The notes below the pieces were generated by a model, which saw only the letters and a program-made list of their open reading frames with translations, did no database searches and was not told the origin of the DNA. Shown piece after piece: positions 46,271 to 56,798 of a stretch of 64,000 bases of DNA. How positions within the stretch are numbered: the stretch's first letter is position 1; every line of letters begins with the position of its first letter. This stretch comes from Escherichia coli. GTDB lineage: Bacteria; Pseudomonadota; Gammaproteobacteria; Enterobacterales; Enterobacteriaceae. Location of the stretch: NCBI RefSeq assembly GCF_016026235.1, contig NZ_CP065613.1, one strand, 5' to 3'. The position numbers and the translations under genes are program-made.

Positions 46271-49200
46271 TTACACCTTTTCCACATTCACAAGGAAGGA
46301 CTTAAACTCCGGCGTCTGCGTGTTCGCATCACCAACGAATGGCGTTAACGTATTGGCAATAAAGCCTTTTTTAGCTACGCCTTCATAACCCCAGTGAATC
46401 GGAATACCGATGGTATCGATATCTTTGCCGTTCGCTTTCAGCGTGCGAATACGTTTGGTCACCACCGCTTTGGCCTTGATATAGCCACGGTTGGAGGAGA
46501 CTTTCACGGTATCGCCCTGGGCAATGCCAAGTTTATTCGCCAGCGACTCCCCGATTTCCACAAACTGCTCTGGCTGCAAAATCGCGTTCAACAGCGCGTG
46601 TTTGGTCCAGTAGTGGAAGTGCTCGGTCAGACGATAGGTGGTTCCGACATACGGGAACTTATCGGCTTTACCCAATGCTTCGGCGTCGTCTTTAAAGATA
46701 CGTGCAGCCGGGTTCGAGATAACGTTTGGATGCAGCGGGTTAGTTCCCAGCGGCGTTTCAAACGGCTCGTAGTGTTCCGGGAACGGACCTTCCGCCATCT
46801 TATCGAGGGCAAACAGACGCCCCATGCCTTCCTGCTGCATGATAAACGGCCCGACGCCGCTGCCCGGAGGCGCTGCGCTGTAGTCCGGAATATCCCAGCC
46901 GGTCCACTTAGTGCCGTCCCATTTCAGCAACTGACGCTTCGGATCCCACGGGTTACCCTGCGGATCTGCGGAGGCGCGGTTATACAGAATGCGGCGGTTA
47001 AGCGGCCATGCCCATGCCCAGCCCAGCGTGTTACCGAGGCCAGACGGATCGGCGTTATCACGACGCGCCATCTGGTTGCCTTCCGGCGTCCAGCTACCGG
47101 CGAAAATCCAGCAACCACAGGAAGTTGTACCGTCATCGCGCAGTTGGGCGAACGAGCTAAGTTGTTGGCCTTTCTTGACGATAACCGCACCGGTTGCCGG
47201 ATCGGTAATATCGGCCAGCGCCTTACCGTTACTCTCCATCGCCACTTCTTCTGAAGATGGCTCATGCGGAATGGCGTAGTTCCAGGTCATGTTCAGCACC
47301 TGGTCCGGGTTCGCGCCACCCTGTTCGGCATACATCTTGCGCAAGCGCAGGAAGATACCGGAGAGGATCTCGCCGTCAGTCAGCGCAATCCCCGGGGCGT
47401 CCGCACCTTTCCAGTGCCACTGTAACCAGCGACCTGAGTTAACGATAGAACCGTTCTCTTCCGCGAAGCAGGTCGATGGCAGACGGAACACTTCGGTCTG
47501 GATCTTCGACGAGTCAACTTCGTTCAGCTCACCGTGGTTCTGCCAGAAGTTAGAGGTTTCAGTGTTCAGCGGGTCGATGGTGACGAGGAACTTCAGTTTC
47601 GACAGACAACCGATCACTTTGTTTTTGTTCGGGAATGAGGCAACAGGGTTAAAGCCCTGGCAGATATAGCCATTGACCTTGCCCTCTTTCATCATCTCGA
47701 AGTATTGCAGGACGTCGTAGCCTTTATCCCACTTCGGCAACCAGTCAAAGCCCCAGCTATTTTCCGCCGTCGCTTTATCACCAAAGAAGGCCTTCATCAT
47801 AGAGACGAAGAATTTCGGGTAGTTGCCCCAGTAGTTTACCTGGCCTTCCAGCAGCGGTTTTGGCGTGTTGGCGGTAAGGTAGGTTTGCAGATCGGTCTGC
47901 TTCTCGCTTGGCAGCGTCATGTAACCTGGCAGGCTCTGCGACAGCAGCCCCAGGTCCGTCAGCCCCTGAATATTGGAGTGACCGCGCAGGGCGTTAACGC
48001 CGCCGCCAGCCATCCCCATGTTACCGAGCAGCAGCTGGATCATCGCCATCGTACGAATGTTTTGCGCACCAACGGAGTGTTGCGTCCAGCCGAGGGCATA
48101 CAGGAACGAGGCAGTTTTATCGTGAGCACTGGTTTCTGCGATGTATTCGCAGACTTTCAGGAACGCGTCTTTTGGCGTACCACAGATGTTTTCAACCACA
48201 TCTGGCGTGTAGCGGGAAACGTGCTGTTTCAGCAAGTTCCACACGCAGCGCGGATGTTGCAGCGTGGTATCGCGTTTGGCGAAGCCGTTTTCGTCCAGTT
48301 CATAAGTCCAGGAGGATTTATCGTACTTGCGTTTTTCCGCGTCGTAGCCGGTGAACAGGCCATCTTCAAAGCCGTAATCCTCACGCACGATCAGGCTGGC
48401 GTTGGTATAGGCTTCGGTGTATTCGCGGTTGAATTTTTCATTGTTCAGCAGGTACAGCAATACGCCTGACAGGAAAGCAATGTCAGTACCGGAACGAATA
48501 GGGGCATAGTAGTCAGCCACCGCCGCCGTACGCGTAAAGCGAGGATCGATCACAATCAGCTTCGCGCCATTGTGAATTTTGGCTTCCATCGCCCAGCGGA
48601 ACCCGACCGGGTGAGCTTCAGCGGCGTTACCGCCCATCACCACGACGAGGTTGGCGTTCTTGATGTCGACCCAGTGGTTGGTCATCGCACCGCGACCAAA
48701 TGTTGGAGCAAGACTTGCTACCGTTGGTCCGTGTCAGACACGCGCCTGGTTGTCGACCGCGAGCATACCCAGCGCGCGGGAGAATTTTTGCGTTAAATAG
48801 CCGGTTTCGTTACTCGACGCGGAAGCACACAGCATCCCGGTGGAGAGCCAGCGGTTAACAGTCACGCCTTCGGCGTTTTGCGCAATGTAGTTAGCATCGC
48901 GGTCTTCTTTCATCAGTTTGGCGATGCGATCAAACGCCTCTTCCCAACTGATTTGCTGCCATTTATCAGAACCTGGCGCACGGTATTCCGGAAACTTCAG
49001 ACGGCTTTCGGAGTGGATGAAATCCACCAGGCCAGCGCCTTTCGGACAAAGTGCACCGCGGTTGACCGGGTGATCCGGATCGCCTTCGATATGGAAGATA
49101 GATGCTTTGGCGTTTTTTGCTCCGTCACCGAGGCTGTACATCAACAGCCCACAGCCTACGGAACAATAGGTGCAGGTATTACGGGTTTCGCGGGTGCGCA

Positions 49201-49321
49201 GCAGTTTATACTGCCGGGTTTCCGCGAGTGCTACGCTGGGTGCAAAACCCAGTGCCGCTGCCGTGGTGCCTGCCATACCGCCAGCGCAGATCTTAAAGAA
49301 CTGCCTTCTGCTGACCTGCAT
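46271..49321 (-). CDS. fdoG: formate dehydrogenase-O catalytic subunit (selenocysteine-containing molybdoenzyme), Tat signal peptide
   Basis: ORFs 48734..49321 and 46271..48685 are co-linear in one frame, joined through a single in-frame TGA at 48734..48736 (Sec196); RRQFFK twin-arginine motif at N-terminus; total 1016 codons. Confidence 0.93.
48690..48733 (-). promoter_or_regulatory. SECIS stem-loop for selenocysteine insertion immediately 3' of the fdoG UGA
   Basis: mRNA-sense UGA-CACGGACCAACGGUAGCAAGUCUUGCUCCAACAUUUGGUCG forms a hairpin with GCAAGUCUUGC apical region, resembling the fdhF/fdnG SECIS. Confidence 0.7.
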
Positions 49322-49514
49322 GGATTGCTCCTTGTTTCGACATTGTCACGTCCCATTTACATTCGCTTGCTGCGTGTGCAGGGAGTGGGAGTTATTTTTC
49401 TTTGCGGAAGGGGCCGCAAAGGTCCAGAATTGGCTCAATTTCCCTCCATCCAGGAAGGGTTTGTAACAGAATACCATAATGTTGGTGTGTGTGTTCTTAT
49501 CTGGTTAAGAGAAA

Positions 49515-50348
49515 GTGAAAAAAACACAGCAAAAAGAAATCGAAAATGTGACAAATATCACAGGTGTTCGTCAAATTGAGTTATGGCGGCGTGATGATTT
49601 ACAACACCCACGGTTAGATGAGGTCGCGGAAGAAGTTCCCGTTGCGCTGGTCTACAACGGCATTTCGCATGTGGTGATGATGGCGTCGCCCAAAGACCTT
49701 GAGTACTTTGCGCTCGGTTTTTCGCTTTCCGAGGGGATAATAGAAAGTCCGCGCGATATCTTCGGCATGGATGTCGTTCCTTCCTGTAATGGTCTTGAAG
49801 TACAAATTGAGCTTTCCAGCCGCCGCTTTATGGGGTTGAAGGAGCGCCGCCGGGCGCTGGCGGGACGTACGGGCTGTGGCGTATGCGGCGTGGAGCAACT
49901 TAATGACATCGGAAAACCGGTGCAGCCGCTACCGTTCACCCAGACGTTTGATCTCAACAAACTGGATGATGCATTACGTCATCTCAACGATTTTCAGCCA
50001 GTGGGGCAACTGACTGGTTGTACTCACGCCGCTGCCTGGATGTTGCCATCTGGCGAACTGGTCGGCGGGCATGAAGACGTGGGTCGCCATGTGGCGCTGG
50101 ACAAACTGTTAGGCCGCCGGTCACAAGAAGGGGAAAGCTGGCAGCAAGGTGCGGTACTGGTTTCCAGTCGTGCCAGTTATGAAATGGTGCAAAAGTCGGC
50201 GATGTGCGGCGTAGAGATTTTGTTTGCGGTGTCTGCCGCGACCACGCTTGCTGTAGAAGTGGCTGAGCGCTGTAATTTGACACTGGTAGGTTTTTGTAAA
50301 CCGGGTCGGGCAACGGTTTATACCCATCCGCAGCGTTTGAGCAATTAA
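49515..50348 (+). CDS. fdhD: formate dehydrogenase sulfurtransferase/accessory protein FdhD
   Basis: 277-aa ORF; divergent from fdoGHI. Confidence 0.93.
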
Positions 50349-50500
50349 TTAAAATAAGTCCTGCGATATATATTAAATTGCAGGACTTATTCATTTCGTG
50401 AATTTTATTATTTTATTTATAAACAAAATGCGTGTAGTGGCGTTTTCTTTTTTCATTTATTATGTTCACTCTCTTATCTATATATTTATAAGGCAATTAA

Positions 50501-51556
50501 ATGAAAAGGAATTTATTATCTTCCGCTATTATAGTCGCCATCATGGCCCTCGGTCTGACGGGTTGTGATGATAAAAAAGCCGAAACAGAAACGCTCCCGC
50601 CTGCCAATAGTCAACCTGCCGCACCAGCTCCTGAAGCGAAACCTACTGAAGCTCCCGTTGCAAAAGCAGAAGCTAAACCTGAAACACCTGCGCAACCGGT
50701 GGTCGATGAACAAGCGGTTTTCGACGAAAAAATGGATGTCTATATCAAGTGCTACAACAAGTTACAGATCCCGGTACAGAGCAGTCTGGCGCGTTATGCT
50801 GACTGGCTGAAAGATTTTAAACAGGGGCCTACCGGTGAAGAGCGTACTGTTTATGGCATCTACGGCATTAGTGAATCCAGCCTCGCTGAGTGTGAAAAAG
50901 GCGTAAAAAGTGCTGTGGCGTTAACGCCTGCGCTGCAACCAATTGATGGCGTGGCGGTGAGTTATATCGATGCTGCCGTGGCGTTGGGTAATACCATTAA
51001 CGAAATGGATAAATATTACACCCAGGAAAATTATAAAGACGATGCGTTTGCGAAAGGGAAAACGCTGCACCAGACATTCTTAAAAAATCTGGAAGCCTTT
51101 GAACCTGTAGCAGAATCTTATCATGCGGCGATTCAGGAAATTAACGATAAGCGCCAGCTTGCGGAACTGAAAAATATTGAAGAAAGAGAAGGGAAAACAT
51201 TCCACTACTACTCTCTGGCAGTCATGATTTCAGCGAAACAAATTAATAACCTGATTTCGCAAGAGAAGTTTGATGTTGATGCGGCAATGAAGAAAGTCTC
51301 TGAACTGGAAACGCTGGTGGCGCAGGCCAAAGAAGCGGATAAAGGCGGTATGAATTTCTCGTTCATTAATTCGGCAGACCAGTATCAACTCGAGACTAAA
51401 AAATATGTTCGCCGCGTCAGAGATACAGTCCCGTACTCTGACTGGGATAAAGAGCATCTTCAGGATGCAAACACAAGCTGGATGGTCGAAGACTCATTTC
51501 CACGAGCGTTACGCGAGTACAACGAAATGGTTGATGACTATAATAGCCTGCGTTAA
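50501..51556 (+). CDS. yiiG: YiiG, DUF3829 family lipoprotein
   Basis: 351-aa ORF with lipobox LTGC after signal peptide. Confidence 0.85.
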   Translation: MKRNLLSSAIIVAIMALGLTGCDDKKAETETLPPANSQPAAPAPEAKPTEAPVAKAEAKPETPAQPVVDEQAVFDEKMDVYIKCYNKLQIPVQSSLARYADWLKDFKQGPTGEERTVYGIYGISESSLAECEKGVKSAVALTPALQPIDGVAVSYIDAAVALGNTINEMDKYYTQENYKDDAFAKGKTLHQTFLKNLEAFEPVAESYHAAIQEINDKRQLAELKNIEEREGKTFHYYSLAVMISAKQINNLISQEKFDVDAAMKKVSELETLVAQAKEADKGGMNFSFINSADQYQLETKKYVRRVRDTVPYSDWDKEHLQDANTSWMVEDSFPRALREYNEMVDDYNSLR

Positions 51557-51605
51557 ACGTTTTTGATGATAAATGCAGTGTCGGATGCGGCGCATCCGAC
51601 ACAGT

Positions 51606-53354
51606 TCACCCCTTGTGAAGTAACTCCATAAATGCCTCATATCCTGTTAACCCGGCAATAACCTCTGCCGGATGCTGACACAATATGCTTGCCAGATAGC
51701 TAAATATTTTTAGCTCATGACGCGCATCGGCGGCGGCGCAGGCGATCAAGACATGGTTAATGACTTCGTTATTCACCTCAACTGATTGGGCGAGGGTAAT
51801 AAAAAATCCACGAAAACGTCGCTCCTGTTCGCTCCAGCAATGTGGGATGGCGAGGCGATTAACAATCAGGTTTTCACCTTCTCCTTCGCGGGCGATGATC
51901 CGTTGCGCTTCATCGGCGGTAATATGGTGTTGTGCGACTAATTGCGCACAAATTTGCCGGGTAATATGTTGCCAGCTTTCACCGCGTACATTCGAATAAT
52001 GAAAACTTCCGGGGGCAGAGAAAAAACGCTCCGGTTGCTGGCGAATAAATGCCGTCGCCAGAAAATGTTTTATTTGTTCGATACCGGCAGCCGTAATGAT
52101 ATTTTTTACGGTGATGCAATTATTTACCGCGTCATCCAGTAAATAATGGCTGTTGTTAATGATCAATAACGGCTCAATCTCTTCGCGAATGGCAACAAGC
52201 TCGCTTAAGCTACGGGCAATAATCACCCGACAATGTAAAACATCGCGCTCAATGGCGAGCTGATTAATGGTGGCAATCGCGTTCTGGTCCGAGAGCAAAA
52301 TGATCGGCTGGCGTTCGTTTTGATGCCGTTCCAGCGCACAGGCAAAATACAAACCGATCAGATCGCTATCGAAAAGGGGAATATCGAGCTGTTCACGCAG
52401 TAGCGTAATAAAGTGCAGACTCATATCAAAGGCCGCAGGCCAGGCGGCTTTCAGGTTATTCATGCTGCTTTGGCGGTGCTCAGCAATCCACACTGGTGCG
52501 GCAAGGCAACGTAATAAATGCCCGGTAATATTCTCAACCAGCTGCGTATCAATAATATTCAATGACGCGATGCCCGGCACCCTTTGCAGCAACCCCTGCA
52601 CATTATCGGCAGAAATTACCTGTGCTTGCTGATGCTGTTTCTCTATCAAACCCGTCAGGGTTCTTACAGCATTATCACCAAGAAACAGGCCGCTCTGTTC
52701 AACGATTTGTTTTATCTCGTTACCGGGATATTGCGGCCATGTGTCAGTAAGCTGATTACGCAGGGCGTAAATCGCCAGAATCAGGCTGGAGAGATAATCA
52801 CCCTGCATCAGCGGCCAGCGGTGTTGGTTGTCGCAGACCGTGGATAATTGCTGAAGGTTGTCTCGTGTTACGCCCGCCAGCGGTATTAAAAACGGATCTT
52901 TGCGTAGCAAGTTCGCCAGCAAGATAACGCGCTTCTCTTCTGTCTCATCAATGAAATGGCCCAAACCGGGGCGACTGGCCAGGCAGCAAGTACGTTCATA
53001 ACGCTGTTTCAGGCGGGGCAGACGCTCTGCTACCCACGTTTCTGGCAAATTAAGCGCCGAGGCGAGTTGCGCACGGGGAGTGAAAGTATTCAGTAATAAC
53101 AGCGCCAGCAGCCGATCGTCGTTATCGTGCTTTTGCAGCAACTGAAAAAAACTGCGGCGCTCGAAGATTTCCAGCTGATAGCCCGCACTGCCACTGGCAG
53201 AGATACGAGCTTTGCCGTTAAGGGTAAAGTTGAGATAGTCAATATCACGCAGGATGGTCCTGCCTGAAACGCCAGTCTGTTGCGCCAGCTCGCCAGGCGT
53301 GCGCGGCTGTTGCTCCAGCAGATCGACAATCTTTAACTGGCGTTCGTTTAGCAT
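51606..53354 (-). CDS. frvR: putative frv operon transcriptional regulator FrvR (HTH plus PTS regulation domains)
   Basis: 582-aa ORF; synteny with frvABX. Confidence 0.88.
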   Translation of the reverse strand: MLNERQLKIVDLLEQQPRTPGELAQQTGVSGRTILRDIDYLNFTLNGKARISASGSAGYQLEIFERRSFFQLLQKHDNDDRLLALLLLNTFTPRAQLASALNLPETWVAERLPRLKQRYERTCCLASRPGLGHFIDETEEKRVILLANLLRKDPFLIPLAGVTRDNLQQLSTVCDNQHRWPLMQGDYLSSLILAIYALRNQLTDTWPQYPGNEIKQIVEQSGLFLGDNAVRTLTGLIEKQHQQAQVISADNVQGLLQRVPGIASLNIIDTQLVENITGHLLRCLAAPVWIAEHRQSSMNNLKAAWPAAFDMSLHFITLLREQLDIPLFDSDLIGLYFACALERHQNERQPIILLSDQNAIATINQLAIERDVLHCRVIIARSLSELVAIREEIEPLLIINNSHYLLDDAVNNCITVKNIITAAGIEQIKHFLATAFIRQQPERFFSAPGSFHYSNVRGESWQHITRQICAQLVAQHHITADEAQRIIAREGEGENLIVNRLAIPHCWSEQERRFRGFFITLAQSVEVNNEVINHVLIACAAADARHELKIFSYLASILCQHPAEVIAGLTGYEAFMELLHKG

Positions 53355-54424
53355 TAATCCACCTGACGGAACTGGCTAAACGCGTTGACTTTCTCCGCAG
53401 TTAAGGTCGTCAGAAAATCCCGTATCAGCGTGAGCAGAGCATCATAATCGGCTTTTGAAATCATGCCGCTGTTGGCGTGCAGATAACGAGTTGGCAGACA
53501 CAGCGCGACAACCGGACGCCCGCCGCCCATCACGTTGTAGCGCCCGCCATCCGTCGCACCGGTTTTCATGGTGGAAAATTGCAGCGGTAAATCGTTATGT
53601 GCGGCACAGCTTTTTAACGCCGCCACCAGTTTCTGGTTGGGGAAGTAGCGCTTGTCAAACAGCATCAGCCCCGGCCCGTTGCCCAGTTTCAGCGGGTATT
53701 TAATGTTATCAATGCCCGGAACATCGCCCGCTACGGCGGTATCCAACACGATCACGACGTCCGGTTTAATGTGTTCCGCCGAGGTTTGCGCCCCGCGTAG
53801 CCCAACTTCTTCTTCCACGCTGCCGACGCCGTACAGCGTAATTTTTGGGTTATTTACTGTCTGTAGTAGCTCCGCCATCATCGCGCAGCCGATGCGGTTA
53901 TCCAACGCCTTGCCGACTACTTTATCTTCGCCCCAGCAGGCAAAATTGGCTTCCGGGCTAATAAAATTACCAATTTCCACGCCGCGTTTTTCCGCTTCTT
54001 CGCGACTTTTCGCGCCAATATCAATGAACATCTCATCAAATGACAGCGGTTGTTGCTTTTGCTTTTCCGTTAACGCATGAGGCGCGACGGAACCAATCAC
54101 ACCAGGGATTTTATATCCCTTGTGTGTGCGTATGGTTACCCGGTGGTTGAGCATCGACTGATTCCACCAGCCGCCAATGGTGGTAAAGCGCAGAAAACCG
54201 CTCTCGTCGATGTGGGTGACCATAAAGCCGACTTCATCCATATGCCCGACAACGGCAACTTTTGGACCTTTATTTCCCTTACGGGCAACAAAGCTGCCCA
54301 GACCATCAAAGGTGATCTCATTAACGCAAGGTTCCAGCGTGTTTATCAGAATGTCGCGAACTTCCTGTTCATCGCCGCTGACGGCGCTGGCTTCGCACAA
54401 CTGTTGCAGTAACTCAATGTTCAT
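53354..54424 (-). CDS. frvX: M42-family peptidase/endoglucanase-like protein FrvX
   Basis: ORF 53354..54430; start approximate. Confidence 0.88.
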   Translation of the reverse strand: MNIELLQQLCEASAVSGDEQEVRDILINTLEPCVNEITFDGLGSFVARKGNKGPKVAVVGHMDEVGFMVTHIDESGFLRFTTIGGWWNQSMLNHRVTIRTHKGYKIPGVIGSVAPHALTEKQKQQPLSFDEMFIDIGAKSREEAEKRGVEIGNFISPEANFACWGEDKVVGKALDNRIGCAMMAELLQTVNNPKITLYGVGSVEEEVGLRGAQTSAEHIKPDVVIVLDTAVAGDVPGIDNIKYPLKLGNGPGLMLFDKRYFPNQKLVAALKSCAAHNDLPLQFSTMKTGATDGGRYNVMGGGRPVVALCLPTRYLHANSGMISKADYDALLTLIRDFLTTLTAEKVNAFSQFRQVD

Positions 54425-55865
54425 GGACAAGCTCCTGTTGCGCGGCTTTCGCTTTGCGGCGTAACCACAATCCTTTCAGGACGATAATGAATGAAATGTT
54501 CAGCGCGAGGCCAATCGCCAGCACCAGATAAAACGAACCCACCGGCGACATCAGGCCGATCAGCGGGTCAAAGATACCCAAACCAGGTGCCAGACGTTTG
54601 ATTCCGAAAGCGATCACCAGCACGCCGGTAATACCGCCCGCCAGCGTATTGGCGGTAATCATCGGCAACGGAGCTGCCAGAGCGTAAGGAATAGCCGGTT
54701 CGGTTGCGACTGTGGCACCGACCACAATGGAACTACTGGCAGCCTCTTTTTCCTGTCGGGTAAACAGTTTGGGCGCAATGAACGTCGCAAGACCCGCCGC
54801 GACGGGCGGCATCAGCGCGACAACGCCGACGATGGCGTACCAGTCATAAATGTGTTTTTCCAGCAGTGAGAAGCAGAAGAACCAGGCGGTTTTATTGATG
54901 GGGCCGCCCATATCGAACGCCAGCATCGCACCGACCAGAAACGCTGCCGCAAACTTCATTGATGGAGGAATGGTATTCAGGAAGTGGAGCAGCCCGCCCA
55001 TGAGGTCGGACATCACCGGCCCGATAACGTAGTAAGTGAGCACGCCGAAAACCAGCAGAGTAACGAACGGGATCAGCATTGAACCGAGCAGCGGTTGTAA
55101 TGCTTTGCCAAGGCGCACTTTGCGGAACCAGAAGACGAAATAGCCAATCGCCAGCCCCAGCACCACCGCGCCGAGGAATCCCGCACCCGACTGGGTGCCG
55201 AGCAGCGCTTTGTCGTTCGCCAGATAGCAAACCAGAAACGCCGGAGCGAAAGCCGGTTTATCGGCAATCGACGAGGCAATATAAGCGCCCATGATGGGGA
55301 TCATAAAGGTGAAGCCAAGGTAACCGATGGATTCAACTACCCAGGTAAACGACGGCGCGCCTTTCGACATATCGGTATACGGCAAACCGAACTGCACCAG
55401 CATGTTGGCAAGCGCCACCAGGATACCACCGCCGATGACAAACGGCAGCGCCGCAGAGACGCCCGCCATCAGGTGGCTCATCACGCTGCCGCTTTGCACT
55501 TCCTGTTTGCCAAGCTTCACGCCGCTATCTGCGGCAAAAAGCTGCGAGTTTGTCGGTAATTCGCTGAAAATCTGGTCGATATTTTTCAACGCCTGGGAGA
55601 TGGCAATCTCATAAACTTTCTTCCCGGCAAACCGCGCGCGATCATCACCGCTCAGGCCACGCCCGGTAGCGAGAATGACGTAATCGGCAGCGGCAATCTC
55701 TTCGCTGGATAAGCGGTTTTCAACGCCACTGGACCCTTGAGTTTCCACTTTTATGGTATGACCGAGAGAACGGGCTTTCTGTTCCAGGGCTTCCGCCACC
55801 ATGTAGGTGTGAGCGATCCCGGCGGGGCAGTTGGTGATCGCGACAATACGTAAGGATGACTCCAT
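54414..55865 (-). CDS. frvB: fructose-like PTS enzyme IIBC component FrvB
   Basis: ORF 54414..55871; N-terminal IIB domain with cysteine (AITNCPAGIAHT) then polytopic IIC. Confidence 0.9.
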   Translation of the reverse strand: MESSLRIVAITNCPAGIAHTYMVAEALEQKARSLGHTIKVETQGSSGVENRLSSEEIAAADYVILATGRGLSGDDRARFAGKKVYEIAISQALKNIDQIFSELPTNSQLFAADSGVKLGKQEVQSGSVMSHLMAGVSAALPFVIGGGILVALANMLVQFGLPYTDMSKGAPSFTWVVESIGYLGFTFMIPIMGAYIASSIADKPAFAPAFLVCYLANDKALLGTQSGAGFLGAVVLGLAIGYFVFWFRKVRLGKALQPLLGSMLIPFVTLLVFGVLTYYVIGPVMSDLMGGLLHFLNTIPPSMKFAAAFLVGAMLAFDMGGPINKTAWFFCFSLLEKHIYDWYAIVGVVALMPPVAAGLATFIAPKLFTRQEKEAASSSIVVGATVATEPAIPYALAAPLPMITANTLAGGITGVLVIAFGIKRLAPGLGIFDPLIGLMSPVGSFYLVLAIGLALNISFIIVLKGLWLRRKAKAAQQELVHEH

Positions 55866-55875
55866 CGCCACTTCC

Positions 55876-56322
55876 TTATGAGCTGAGGGTTTGATTTAAC
55901 AAGGCAAGCACCTGGTCGGTATCGCCCTGTTGCAGTTGATGAATAAATTCCTTGTGAATAATTTTGCGACACAGTGTGCCGATGATTTTGACCTGATCCT
56001 CTTCGCCGCTTTGCGGCACGCCGAGGCAGATCCAGCAATTGACGTCTTCGCCATCGCTGGCTTTCCAGTCAATAGCCTGCGCTTTGCGGGCGAATAATAC
56101 GAACGGTTGTTTAACGCAGGCGCTTTTACCGTGCGGCACGGCGACACCGGAACCAAATCCAGTAGAGTGCATTTTTTCGCGCAGCAGCAGGGTTTGCAGG
56201 AACTGGTGTGAGTCGGTGATAAAACCGTTTTGTAACGCTATTGTCGCCAACTGCTTCAGAACGGAATAAGCGCCATTGCCCTGAATATTCAGGTCAATAC
56301 AGCTTGCAGTAAGTGCTGCCAT
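55876..56322 (-). CDS. frvA: fructose-like PTS enzyme IIA component FrvA
   Basis: ORF 55876..56451; start taken at MAALTASCIDLN to give 148 aa; IIA(Fru/Mtl) domain with conserved His (AVPHGKS). Confidence 0.88.
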   Translation of the reverse strand: MAALTASCIDLNIQGNGAYSVLKQLATIALQNGFITDSHQFLQTLLLREKMHSTGFGSGVAVPHGKSACVKQPFVLFARKAQAIDWKASDGEDVNCWICLGVPQSGEEDQVKIIGTLCRKIIHKEFIHQLQQGDTDQVLALLNQTLSS

Positions 56323-56798
56323 TATTGGACTCCATGAAAAAATATTATTGTTAATTGTAACGGCGGGGCGGTTTTGTGATGAGCGCGGATATGTCGTGAA
56401 GTCGTGACAATATAAGGCAGAGTGAAGGATAAATTTTGCGGTGTAAGGCACATATTGATGGGTTAAATAAATGTTGTGAATAAAAAATCATTATTTAATG
56501 ATTTTGTGAATGTTTAACTGTTGCGGATATTTTTCTGCCACGTTATTTATATTTGTGGCTTATGAGTCAGTTTGAATCATATCTAATATTTTTTACGATA
56601 TTTAGTTAAAAACGGCACTATTGTTATATTCCTCACGTTCCAGGAAATCAGCGGATTTACTCATATTATACGGCGGGATACTATCCATCGGCCTGCTGAA
56701 GTTGGATTAAAAATTCGAAAGTGCACACTTTATATTTCTCTATATACGTATTCCTTTTGGAAAGCGTAGGGCCTCCTTTATTTCAGGGAACGTAAATA

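Noticed and set aside
47705-48469. 254-aa plus-strand ORF and several other long ORFs overlapping fdoG
   Set aside because: Antisense or out-of-frame shadows within the fdoG coding sequence
48686-48736. Apparent split of fdoG into two ORFs, considered as a pseudogene
   Set aside because: The separating codon is TGA followed by a SECIS-like hairpin, as expected for the selenocysteine site of formate dehydrogenase-O
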